Part shown: positions 1 to 12,600 of the stretch, piece by piece
How positions within the stretch are numbered: the stretch's first letter is position 1
Layout: every line of letters begins with the position of its first letter
NCBI GenBank assembly: GCA_015680685.1
Contig: MNCI01000307.1
Coordinates: 201,968-265,967 of the forward strand
Length of the DNA stretch: 64,000 nucleotides
From: Gnetum montanum
Lineage: Eukaryota > Plantae > Gnetophyta
Reading direction: 5' to 3'
Program-made: the position numbers and the translations under genes
Notes under the pieces: model-generated
The model's input: only the letters and a program-made list of their open reading frames with translations
What the model was told of the DNA's origin: nothing
Databases searched by the model: none

Positions 1-106
1 GTATATAAGAGTTAGTGTTATGTAAATCTACCTCCCAATTTTATAAGGAACTCCACCCTCATTTTGTTTTAACTCAAGGATGAGCTTTTAGTTAATTGTG
101 GGGGCA

Positions 107-864
107 TGATAAATTAAATTTTTCCTCAGCCATGATATCAAGTATTCGATATTAGAGCTACGATATGAGATCCTTGATATCAGGGCACAAGATACAATGT
201 CATGTATCCGATATCATAGATGTGTGCAAGCCTATAAATAGAACACTTAGGCACACCATCCACACATAGTTTTATTTTACACTTAGGAAAATTCTATTAG
301 TTTGTTTTCTCAGTTTTAGCACTTAGCACTTAGGAGTGTATGCTTGTAGTGTGACATTTTGTAATTGAACAGAATCCTTATTCAAGTGGAATGTACTTGG
401 ACATGTTTCATGCATGGAAATAAATATTGAGATTACTCTACATCATTGCAGCATCACTTAGTCTTTATTATTTATACTTATAATAATTTTCCTATTTTCA
501 CTTAGCTTACTGTTTGTAATGATTGCATGAGTCTAAGACATGTCTAGAGAATTAGGAATGAATGTCCATTGCATAGGCTAGATTGAATTTGTTTATTGTC
601 ACATAGATTTAGGAACCATTCCATTTACTTTATGTTTTCTAGGAGAATCATGGCCAACACAACATCATCTATCATATAACTTATTGTGAGTTAAACCATA
701 TTCCTTGAGTTTACTAGCTCATATGGGAAGACAACGATTGCAAACTCTAACCAATTACTAGCATAATTAGATCGCCTTATTCATGGAATTTGACTGAGAT
801 CGTGCATGAACATTCGTAACTCATATGGTTAGGTGTTGGATACTCCACCACTTGTCACCCATCA
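107..864 (+). mobile_element. 3' LTR of an Athila-like Ty3/gypsy element whose body lies left of the window
   Basis: Starts TGAT after a PPT (GTGGGGGCA, 98-106) and ends CATCA. 71-110 and 785-864 match the reverse complement of the PPT region and LTR terminus of the element at 20841-21710. Confidence 0.75.
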
Positions 865-1754
865 ATTTTAGATCAATGGGATTTATCATGAGGAACATAG
901 TGCAATATGGTTGTAAGCTTCAAAGATAATGTTGAATGGATTGCTAAGAGTACTCGTGGATTTCATTGCATTTAATACATATAAAATATATTATAATACA
1001 TATGATACAATTAATACCCATGTTGCCATGGTGAGAGGATAGAGAGAATATTTATAATTTTATATTTTGTAATTTTACTATATTTTATCTTTATAAGTAA
1101 TAAGTAATAAACACACATGCATTGTAATACCACTTGGGATCAATGACAATGCTTGTGTAGCAATCCCTCTTAGGGACAAGTATAACACCACATACAAAAT
1201 GTGATAAAAATGGCTCTTGGTCACAACCCTTATGGTCCAACATCATGTTGTACATTTGTGACCTCCTTGGAAAAGGTACAAATCATTATAGCTTGATAAA
1301 ATGAAAATTAAATAAATATTTGTATTATTTTTATGTTTAAGCCATCAATAGTGAAACAAGGGAAAACCATGAGCTTTATTTACTACAAAAACATTGGACT
1401 CCACATTGATCAAACGATTTTGAGCTACGTATGCAAGGTAACACTTTGATAAAGTCTAGTAGCAGTTGTGAAAACAATGACTCAAAACATACACAAGACA
1501 AGGAAAGGAATCAACTTACCTATTAGAGGAAGAGCTCTTCACACAAACTGAATGCCACAAGGCCAAATGAAATTTAAATTTTTGACTAAGATAAGTGTGA
1601 GAACTCTTCTTACATATTTATAGTTTTTTCATGGAAATGGAGATGGAACGTTAGTGCCTAGATGCCAACAAAGGTTCATTGACGCCATATTAGTATAAGT
1701 TAATGTAATTAAACTTGATACAATTTTCTTTGGGGGGATGTTAAAATCTTAAAT

Positions 1755-1869
1755 CCCCAAGACATATAGTCAAACCAACTTTATAATTTAGCATTACCCA
1801 CTAGTATCGAACCCATAACTTGAAGCTTCAAAGTCAAGAGTGTTACCAATAGGCTAACACCTTATTGTT
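1755..1869 (-). repeat. tRNA-derived SINE-like repeat, copy 1
   Basis: The minus strand has an A-box-like TAGCCTATTGG, a CTTTGAA anticodon-like loop and a B-box-like GGTTCGATAC, followed by a non-tRNA tail shared with copies 2 and 3. Confidence 0.6.
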
Positions 1870-1984
1870 AATGCAATCACATTTAAATTATTAAAGTCTT
1901 TAATAAAATTTCTAGGGTGCTACTATTCAAAATTTATTATTTTGATTCATCTCTTTATATGAACTTTACAACATGCCCTAAGCA

Positions 1985-2094
1985 TATACTTATCTAATGT
2001 GGTAAAAATCTTAATTTAGAAGCTCCAAGTTATGGGTTTGATTTTGATGATCAATGTTGAGTTGTAAAGCTCTAATTTGACTATATGTGTTAGG
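1985..2094 (+). repeat. tRNA-derived SINE-like repeat, copy 2 (more decayed)
   Basis: aagctccaagttatgggtttgat...aatgttgagttgtaaa...ttgactatatgtgttagg aligns to copies 1 and 3. Confidence 0.5.
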
Positions 2095-2495
2095 TATAAA
2101 TATTGTTAAATAAGTCTCAAGTTCTAACTCTACCTTTCCCAAAAATTACACTCATTTAATAACTTATTTTGGATCTTCAAGATCTTCAATATACAAAGAC
2201 TTGTGAGTGGTTGAATTTTAAATTTTTTATTTGATAACTAATAAATTTTTTTACTAGTTCTATGAACACTTGGGAGTGACCTCATGCTCAATCCTACATA
2301 AAGCAATTTAAAATATAAAATATTTTATCATCAATTTATAAAATGATGACAACACTTTCTTTTGAAGAGTTCAACATCTTTCTACTATTAAAATTCTATA
2401 TTTGTTTGTGAAGTCTTCTTCACCATAGCCTTCTACTAGAATAAAGGTTATAATTTCTTAGAACTATCATATTCTTCGTCCTTTTTGTAAGTAAG

Positions 2496-2613
2496 AACAA
2501 TGAGATGTTAGCCTACTGTTAAAACTCTTAATTTGAAAGTTCTAAGTCATGAGTTCAATTTTGGTGGGTAATGTTGAGTTATAAAATTTTAATTAGACTA
2601 TATATATTGGGGT
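2496..2613 (+). repeat. tRNA-derived SINE-like repeat, copy 3
   Basis: aacaatgagatgttagcctactg...gagttcaattttggtgggtaatg...gactatatatattgggg aligns to the reverse complement of copy 1. Confidence 0.6.
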
Positions 2614-3271
2614 GTACCTATATTTGAGTGTCCAACACCCCCCTTTTATAAGTGACAAAAAGGTTTATTTCATAATTTCTAAGAATAGCCACTTCATATC
2701 TCACCTTACTTCCCTTCTTCACCTATAATGGAATAAATTGATTTAGTTTAATTTAATTGCACATACTCAATAGTTTGTGGGGATGGCAACTTTTGAAGAT
2801 TTTAGAGTTCTAACAATCTTTTGGTTGTCAACTTAGGAAGGACATTAGAGAAATAAAAATATTAATACTCTGTTAGAACATTTTAACATGTTAAATTATG
2901 CTCCAGTTAATAATCCATTGAAATCACACTTCCAATTGTCAAAAAGGAATGAAGCTCAAACTAAGGATGAAGTTCAAGCTTGGTCATCCATTCATTCTAC
3001 TTGAGTCTATTAGTTTGCACAAGGGATACGAATCTACTATTTTAATAATAATGTTAATAGTAGTAGATTTGGATGTATTAATTGCAAAGTAACAATTCAA
3101 CTATATTGACATAAAATAATGAATAAGCGCAACACATACTATGCAGTGCATGAATTGCAGTAAACATTTATGATTTGAAGCTATTTCTTTGTTTTGTATC
3201 TTTTGAAGTTGTTACCTAGATTATGTATATAAAAGAGTTGCACTTGATTGTAGATGTAATATCAAAATGCC

Positions 3272-5236
3272 ATGGCATTAGCACAAAAACATAATGATGG
3301 TTTACATGGAGTTCATGTTTTTATTATTGATCATGATGTTTTATGTTTACTAGTATCAAAAGAAATGTTTGAATTTTATAATTATCAAGGTATATTTATG
3401 TGTTGTTTTCTGAAGCTTATAGTAAAAATTTTTCTTAAAAATATTTACCATTAACTTTTGTTTAACTGTTAGTTACAATTTGCGCTGAGCAGATGAATGC
3501 TTTGGATAAATTGAAGAAAGAAGGAAATATGTTTAATCTCATCATTATTGATGAGCACATAGTTTTTCAACATAGATTTCAAATAGCAAAGTATGTTATA
3601 AACAAATAGGAATACCTTTAATAGGTAATTTCTTTGATATTTTGCAAGTCAAGTAATTTGATGTAGTTATATTTATATATTTTAATATTCCTTTTATTGC
3701 TTAGTGATGTTTGTTGCGGAAGGTAAAGATACTATCAACAAAGTAGTTATGCTTGAAGCATGTTATTATCTTTTATAACCTATACTTTTGAAATATGTAA
3801 AAACTATGTGGCAATATAGGATTAGATAAAAAATTATTCACAATATTTGTTTTTATAGTGGTAATAAAGTGAGCATAAATAAGAGAAAAAGCAGTAGAGA
3901 GATAAGAGCAAAGATTTAGAAAAAATGAGATTTATGAAAAGTGGTGAAAAGCTTTGAATAGATGGTAATCTGTTTTGTTTATTTTATACATGTAGTTCTT
4001 TTTTTACATTAAGTAACATGCTTTTTTCTTTTTGGGTTATTATTAGGTGACACTTCAAAAAAGAGAATACATGAACATGATAGTACTCAGCCTACTTATG
4101 TAGATGCACAACATAATGTTTAAGTAAACATACTATAAAAAAAAGTGTCATAAAAAGTACATATTTCTATGTAATTTTTGTAGTTTTAACAAATATAATC
4201 ACTCGAAATTGTGCAAAATGCCACTTATCATTGAAAGGATAAAGGAATTTGCATTCTGATTCTACAAATGTTAATTGAAATAGTATTTATCATGAATAAG
4301 TAACATTAGAAAATGATGACTCCTTGAAGAAATCATGTATAAGATATCATGGCAAATTTTTTGCTAGTACTACATCAAATAATCATATAGAGTATGACTT
4401 GCTAAATAAAAATGTTAATTAGACTTATCATTTTTATAGTAGTGATGGAAATCAACATTTTCTAAATGCATATAAAAATAATCAAGAATCATTGTATGAT
4501 GGTGAGGATGCTATAGTAGATGTACATTATGATTATTTTATATGTATAGGTATTTTTTTCAAAAAAATATGTTATCTTTATTTAGGATAATCATCAGATA
4601 AAACTGCAAAAAGAATAATACATGGATTAACAATAATCAACCTACTTGTGTAGAAGCAAACCATATTCCTCAAGTAAAAAAAATATGAAATGAAGTGTTA
4701 TAAGAAACATGTGTTTGTATATAAGTTATGTATTTTTAACATGAATAATGTTTATAAATTCTGTTGAAATATGACTTACCATTGAAAGGAAACAAAAGTT
4801 GGAATTTAGAGTGTGGAGATGCTGAGAGATCTAGTGTTTGTCCTCAATAGTTAAAATTAGGAAGTGATGGATATTTTTTAAAATTATGTTTCAAACATCA
4901 TGGCAATATTGTTGTGGTTGGTATACCAAATTTTTATAGGATATGACTTGTCAAATAAAAATGTTGATCAAAGATATTATTTTTATAGTCATGTTGGAAT
5001 TCATCATTTTTCCAATGCATACGAAAGTAAAAAAGAATCTTTGTATGATGCTAAGGATACTATGCTTGATGATTACAATGATGAAGATAATATTAAGAAT
5101 TTTTTATAGAACAACGCAGACTTTCAAGCTTTTGATGGAACTGGAAAGGTTGGGTCTCAAGATTCTAGTAAGTTATGGAAGGATGAGGGGTAGAAGTTTA
5201 GATTTGGAATTAGTGATTTTGAATATGTCAACATAG
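3272..5236 (+). pseudogene. Two-component response regulator (type-B ARR-like receiver domain) pseudogene
   Basis: Exons 3272-3389, 3473-3624 and 3705 onward read GVHVFIIDHDVLCLLVSKEMFEFYNYQ/VTICAEQMNALDKLKKEGNMFNLIIIDEH..IPLI/VMFVAEGKDTINKVVMLEACYYLL*PILLKYVKTMWQY. This is a receiver fold with the intron positions of type-B ARRs. It has a frameshift and stops; the 3' boundary is approximate. Confidence 0.8.
4050..5080 (+). repeat. Diverged tandem duplication (about 550 bp unit) in the 3' part of the response-regulator pseudogene
   Basis: 4060-4530 aligns with 4605-5080, e.g. cctacttatgtagatgca / cctacttgtgtagaagca and tatgacttgctaaataaaaatgtt / tatgacttgtcaaataaaaatgtt. Confidence 0.75.
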
Positions 5237-7238
5237 ATTAATTTTGTAAATTTTGATGAGACTATTAATGGATTTTTGTTATTGAGTATGTAGATGATTA
5301 TGATGGTTTCTTTTCTTCTTTTTTTTTTGTTATTTAATCTATGTAGAAATAGATCCTCATATTGTTAGAAGTTGAATATATTGATAAATTATATTAATTT
5401 TAATAATGATTATTATATCATATAAATATGTTAAGTAATGATATTTTGGTTGGTTTACAAGAAGTGTGGTTTATTGGTTTTATTTACAATGTGTTGGAAG
5501 TTGCAAAGCTTAATATTCAATGGTATTTTATGAATTCTCTTTGTTCAACCATTTTTCTATTTTTCATCTCATGTAAAAGAAATCCATTTATTGATATCAT
5601 GCTTACATATTAACTTATTACTCATCTATTTTATATCACAATCATTGTTTTTCATAGTAGAATAGTTAAAGACTTCTATTCTTGAGTGAAAAGTGTGTTT
5701 AATGATTAAATCACTTTTAAGAACATAAATTTATTTTAAGTATAGACCTAGATAAATCAATGAACAAATTATTTCTACATTGGCATCTTAATACAAAGAT
5801 GTTCATGATTAGTATTCTTGCTCCTTTTTCTTATTTTTTTAAGTAGCTTGATCCTTGTTTCTATGCTTCTCTATTTTGGGCTCTAACTTTTCTGTGATGA
5901 TGAATTTGTCTCTTGGTTTATAACTACAACTTTATTTCAAGTCAAAAACTATGGAGAATACCAAAGCACTAATGGTAGTGAAATATGTTTCTTTGAGGTC
6001 ATTTTTTTTTTCAAAAATAAGCAAAATATATGCTCAACTCAAAAAGGATCAAGACATGGGTTAATATTTTTTGGTAGCATGTAGTGTTTTTAGATCATTT
6101 GTATGAGAAAGTTGAACAATAGGGGGTAGGAACTTGCCACTAACTAGTTCGGTAATTATCAGTAACTAATTAAATGATTTACATTGTTTAATTATTTAAA
6201 AATTATTTTCATGACATAGCTAGTACTACAAGGATGATATATTTGGAGCAAATTACAATGGATTCAGCCATTTTTCAACATTTTCCCCTTACTTGGCTTT
6301 GGTTAGGCATTTTTCTTTCATGTTTTTCTTGAATGTTGTCCTCAAATGTTCTTCTTTAGCTTATGGTGTAAAAAAAATATTGAATTGATTGATTCATTTT
6401 TGACATTTGTTGCTGTTGATGTGCTATAAATGCCTAGATAGATATTATTGAACATTGATGTCTTTCTATTGTCCATTTGATGCTATTGTCTGCTCGAAAA
6501 CAAAATGAATGAGGGAAGAATAAATAAATAAAGATGATGTAATGAATTTGTTGCAAGGAAGCTTAGAATGATTTTAGAAGAACATGGATAACTTGTTACT
6601 AAAATTTATACAAAAGGTTTGCTTTATTAATGTTTCCTATTGTTTCTTTTAAAAATCACTCAAGGTAGTGCTCTCATCATAAAAGGTACATGGCATGATA
6701 AATTGTTACCCTAAGAAGGCTTGATTCATATAAATGTTAAAAGTAGCAAACATGAATTTTTTGTTTACGTATTTTAAATAAAGTTAAAAATTGTTTCACT
6801 AGTTGGAAAAGAGTGTATTCTATTAGAGAAATGCCTCCTAAAAATTTGGAATCATTAATTGTGTAAATTGAAATAACTAGACTAATTTAGACTTATTTAT
6901 CTCATTTTGACATTATGCTACAAATTTCCAAAGGTGACTTTTGATGCGATCTTTAAGTGCAAAAATTCTAGTATGTTTTCTTTTGTTAGCCATTTATTAA
7001 CTCTACATATCCATATTTGAAAGCAAAAAGTAGAAATTTGATTTTTGTTTGTTAAAACTATAGTCTCATGTAGCAAGTTTGGTTCTAAATATGCATAGGT
7101 TGATAAATATAACATTTCATTGATAACAATAATAATAGTAAATGCTATTGAAATATTTATTTATTCAATGAGATAGCAACAATTTTTAGGATTATATTTT
7201 TTCCAAATCAAAAGTATGATATAAAACATTTCATTTAC

Positions 7239-7420
7239 AGTTGTAAATGTCACTTAATATAATTACAGAATGCTTACTTTAACAAATTCTATCTTAATAC
7301 AATGCAGGTTCTAAATATTATGGCATTTTGATCATAGTTGTAAATGTCACAAAATACAATTACAGAATGTTTGCTTTGACAAAATCTGTCTTAATACAAT
7401 ATAGCTTCCAAATTTTATGT
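7239..7420. repeat. About 97-bp direct tandem duplication
   Basis: agttgtaaatgtcac...aattacagaatg...tcttaatacaat occurs at 7239 and 7336. Confidence 0.7.
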
Positions 7421-7429
7421 AGCTTTCGA

Positions 7430-9478
7430 AAGAGCTTAGAGTAAGTAGAAGAATTTATCTATAAATAAAAAAGATATGTCAAAGTAGTACAATAGTTGAA
7501 ATAATAATAGAAAAAGGCACAAATATTTTTTAAATAAAATAGATAAAAACCTTACTTTATTATGTAGATGAAGATCTTTGTAACTCAGATGTTACTTTTT
7601 TAATGTTGGAAAACTATTTTTTTTTTTTTAGTTTCCTTTATTGGCTAGAGTTCTCTTATCTAACGAACATTGTATCGTTGTTCTTCTACTTCTCTAAAAT
7701 TTGATATAGTACATAAATTTCAAACTCGAATAGCTAACAAGCAACACTATCAAGTATTTCTTGAAAGCTTTTAAGGTTATTTTCCTACAAAAAAAAAAAG
7801 CAAAAGTTGAATATATAGTTTATATTTAAATTGTCTTACATAATTAACACATGTACCTGTTTTAATTTTCGTTCATGGCTTTCATGTCCCAATAATCTTT
7901 TACCCTCCTCATTATATACTGTCATCAAAGTTTGTGCAGTATCATCCACCACTTTCACACGAAAAAGATTCCTGTTTCATGAAATATAGATTATCAATAT
8001 CAATAATTATTGAAAATTTATTTTATTAAATTGTAAATCAATATACACTAATTTACCATAATTGGTAATTTCTATGTTTTATGCCACAGGTAATACATTC
8101 ATATAATATTTTTTCTTATCCTTGTTTTGAGCTTCCTTTTATCGAAGCCTTAACATGGCATCTACATCTTGGACAATTTGTATATCACAAATCTCTCATG
8201 GTTGATATGCTAATTATATAGGTAGCTACAATATAATTTACCTATAAAAAATATTTCAAATATCTTTATTAAATAATTTTTTAAAAAAATCAAGTTTTTA
8301 TTTTTTATGACTTAACATACATTACTAATATGAAGAGACTGAGTCAATTAGCATAACGTGGCTTGTTTTTTTTGTCTACTTGATGGATATGAAGATATTA
8401 GTGCCTTTTTTGATTCATTTATACTTGTATAACTATTAAAGAAAATAACTTTAGCAAATTTTAATCATTGACTATTTTATTACCATTCTTGCAATTTTCT
8501 TGTTTTTGGAATGTTGGAATTGATGATAACACCACTATCATTGGATGTTGTTACACTTTTTCCATAGAAGTATTTTACATAAACATTTTAAAGCATTACA
8601 AATAGAGATAATGTTGTCTTTTTCAATCATTTCATAAATCTTTTCCCCTTCTACAATTGCTAAATGCCTCCATAATGTTACAATCGTAAGCTCATCATTA
8701 CTACAATCATAATACAAATGTAAGTTTAGAGTTATATAACTTCAACATATTTATATTATAATGAAATAATAAATATTTTCTTACCTTGGATCTAATATCT
8801 CTAATTTTCTTCTTTTAATTATTTGATCATTTATGTCTCTTTTTAATGTATTGATTGGGCTTATTCCTACTACTATTGCAATTAGATCAGTAAATGTTCA
8901 AAAGAAAGGTTAGTTATGAAAAAAATAAAATATATTACTCAATAATTAGCAATTCTACAAAGTTACCTAGTTTCTTTTGTGAGTTGATATAAGAGTTTAG
9001 GTTTATGAGCTTAATGAAAGTATACTTGTAATCTGAAATTTCCTTGACAATATGATCTATTTGATGGATATTTGAGAATCTATTTAATACCATTTCATAA
9101 TCATTTTTTTTATTAAATTTTATGTTCTTTCTTTGAATTTTTTCTCCATGAATGTGATATACATTCCCTACATGTAAATTAGCAATTGCTATCTTTGCAT
9201 CTTCATTATAGGCTATGACTTGCATAACAGATTCCTATGAAAAGCAACGAGTTAGTAGCTATTAATATTTAAATACATTGTAATGAACATAGAAAAAAAT
9301 AATTGAAGTTGATACCTCAACATCCATTACTTGATAAGTTTGTACTTTTTTACCATCTTTAATATTTCCAAATGGTTTCATACCAATCTTGTATATTACA
9401 CGAACTTCGCAAACCCACCCAATTTTTGTCATAATGTCGAAGAATAGATAATAGCATCAAACTAAGTGGAGTAGCCAT
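7430..9478 (-). pseudogene. Helitron-borne multi-exon RPA70-like (OB-fold ssDNA-binding) gene, decayed
   Basis: DBD-A-like LSILRHYDKNW..EVRVIYK and MQVIAYNEDAK..LHVGNVYHI (ORF 8935-9225); DBD-B-like DLIAIVVGISPINTLKR and VTLWRHLA; DBD-C zinc ribbon YTNCPRCRCHV...YECITCG (about 8060-8240) and FRVKVVDDTAQTLMTVYNEEGKRLLG (7857-7972). GT-AG introns separate the blocks. Confidence 0.8.
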
Positions 9479-9631
9479 GAAGCTAATGGAGACTATGTTA
9501 TTCACATAATATTATTTTTTCTCATAGCATACATAAATAAAAAATTATTTATATTAACTAATATTTATTTCTAAAGTTTATAATATCATAAATGAATTAT
9601 TTAAAATTGTTCCTTTCACTCTATGCAGAAT

Positions 9632-12600
9632 TACAAGTGTTTCTTTTGAACAACCTTTTTGGATAATTTTCTTCATTTATTTTTCTTTGGTCTAGTTTTT
9701 ATTTGTTCATTTTTTCATATTGGTCATAAGAAATTACATGGTAAATTTGTAGGCATGATAATGATCTAACACAAGAAAGTGCTACATAGACTAATCTAGA
9801 TTGCTGCAAATGTGTAATATCAACAAAAAATTTCTCAAGTTTCATGCCTTTTGATTTATGTATTGTAAGTGTCCATGCTAGTTTTAATGGTAATTGATTT
9901 TTTGAACCAAATTGTAGTAGCAGTATCATAACTATTTGCTTTGAAGAAGACATAAATGATAGACCAATATAGTTTGGAAAATTAATCAATACTAAAGATG
10001 GTGGTGCTAATTGCTTTGTTTCATTGCTATAAAATATATCTATAATAGTTCTAGTTATTCTATTTACCAAACCATAACAAGTTAGATATATTTATTGCCA
10101 ACATTACTTTAGCCCTAATTATGATTAATATTTCTACTTCCAAATCTTCATTATCCATGGATATGTGCTAATGCTAAGACTTCAACAAATAGGCTTTCCC
10201 AAATTATATAACATTTTCTTATTGTGTCCATTTACTTGATCATTTCTTGCAAATAAGTATGTCCTATTATCAAATTTTTTTTATTCTTAAATAGACATTT
10301 GGTTATGGCTTCTATTCATTAGTATTTTCGAATTAGTACTTGTTGGTGTACAAGTTCTTACATTTTCTAACAATTTTTAAAAAACTTGTTGTTCTTCTAT
10401 AGATGTGTTTTGCTGTAATATTTTATCCAATAAAATAATAAATGTAAACTCATTCCATAAAACTTTTCCAATACCTTTGGAGTAATATTGTGCTATATTT
10501 CAGACCTAAGATAATTGAGCTATATCACCTATGAAAATCATTGACCTACCTCCAAAAATTTCATTACAATAAGGAAGTATTTATCGTAGTTTTGCATCTA
10601 TATCTTCGAACAACCTAGCTCCAATAAAACTATACTCATCAATGAGAGTATATTTTATGTCCTTAAAATCATTCTGCAACTGATGTAAAATAATATTATC
10701 GTTTCTTTCTTTTGCTTTCATGGATAGTTTCAGACTAGCATGAATTGTTTTTACTTAAATATTAAAAGCTACAATCCTTGTTGGATCCATTACCAACAAA
10801 GGCATTTTCTTTAAAAATGCTAAAGTAGACATTTTTGTTTTAATAGCATAAATTAGGAAAGATTACCCTATGCTAGCACTACCTTGTACTATTAATTTCA
10901 ATGGTTTTGATGCATTTTTTTACTTTGAATATAATGATTTTTAATAATATTCACAAATTTTTGTTGTTTTTTATTTAATGTTTGTTGATAATTTTTATTA
11001 GGTTTCATCATAATGGTAGTTTTCGAATTTTAGAAATTGTAATGCTATTTCAATTTCATTTCGATCCGTTTTGTTCCATTCATACCAAATGTTTATGTCT
11101 CTTCATCCTAACATATCTATTTCTATGTGATTTAAAACTTGTGTTGATTGCAAATTTGATAAAAGCTCCCACTCATTTTAAAGGTGATTTACATTTTCAA
11201 TATAAACATCTTCTTCATAATAAATTGTATCTTCCTAGGTTTCAATTTTATTAGTTATTTTTTCAATTGTTTGTTCATGTACTTTCTAATTAGCTCTTAT
11301 TTGTTCTTCTAGTGTTCCTATTTCTATTGCATATATACGAAATAGAACATAAAGAAACATTTAAATTTGACAATACTCTAACCATTTTTTAGGATTCTAT
11401 ATTGGTTTTTCCAAAAATATAGGTTAAACTTAAACTATGGCTTTTTTTATATTTGTTGCCATAACTTATTTGACTTTCTTTTTGGATTGTAAATAAATTT
11501 TTTTTTTCACCTCATAAACATTTAAACCACTTATGTCTATTGGTCTATTTAGGTATGCTTTCAAAATATTTTTTGAATATAATTCTTCATTATTGAATTC
11601 ATTTGTAACTATTTGTTTATATACTTGATTAGACAAATTTAAGTTTACTACATTTTACTAAATGTAGTTCTAATAACATATGTTAATCTTTTTCAATTAA
11701 TGTCTTAGTTATTAGCTTTTTGTAACTTGTTCCAAATTGATCTTCATTGTTCTCTAATTTTATAATTTTTTTACCATATCATTATAGGATTTAGAAGTTT
11801 TTTTTACTTTAGCAACATATTTTGCTATGTACTTCACAACAACATGTTTTAACAAAACAAGTTGCCAATCTATGTTAGCTCTCCATGTTTGAAGAATTAG
11901 TCTATGATGTTTATTCAATCTATCATCATTTCATAGTGGCTCAAATACAATTTCTTTTGACTCACAATTCTTTTATAACAATGAAGACGTTTCACCAATA
12001 GGCTATGGAACTTTGTATCTACAAAGCATATGTAAACATAATATTAGAATTTTTTGCAATAGTTTTTTAAAAATAGTTTTTCAAATAAATTTTTAGTACA
12101 TTACTTGCAATATAATTTTTCATTTTTAAATTATAAGCAAGTATCCTTTTTACATTTTGAATTTCTTTGAATTGAGTTAATTAGTTCTAAGTAATCTTTG
12201 TTGATATCTTTGGTGAATTTCACTTCTTTACAATATGATGACGGGTGACACATATTTGGATTATTTTCTTGTATGTATATTTATTTGCAAAATTAATATC
12301 AAATCTAACATAATATCAACATCAATAACAATGGAATGTACTTATTTGTTACCTCAAAAGATGGCATTGTAATGGCAAATCTAGGGTTCCATGCATGTAC
12401 AAGATCATCTAAGAAAGTTTTTATCTTTTTAACTTAATCCTCATCATACCAATTAACTGTGTCTATATTTTGAGCATTTTCTATCCACAAAAAGCCATGT
12501 ACATGAGGAGACTCTCACTATTGTCATTTGTACCTTGACCAATAATCAATCAATTTTATGTCTTCCCTCAAAATCTATTTCATAAAAACTTGGTAACTAT

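Noticed and set aside
1755-1869. Functional tRNA-Gln gene
   Set aside because: The acceptor and T stems do not pair properly, and the copies share a non-tRNA tail.
6140-6230. CTAG sites as the Helitron 3' end
   Set aside because: No GC-rich hairpin at the expected distance.
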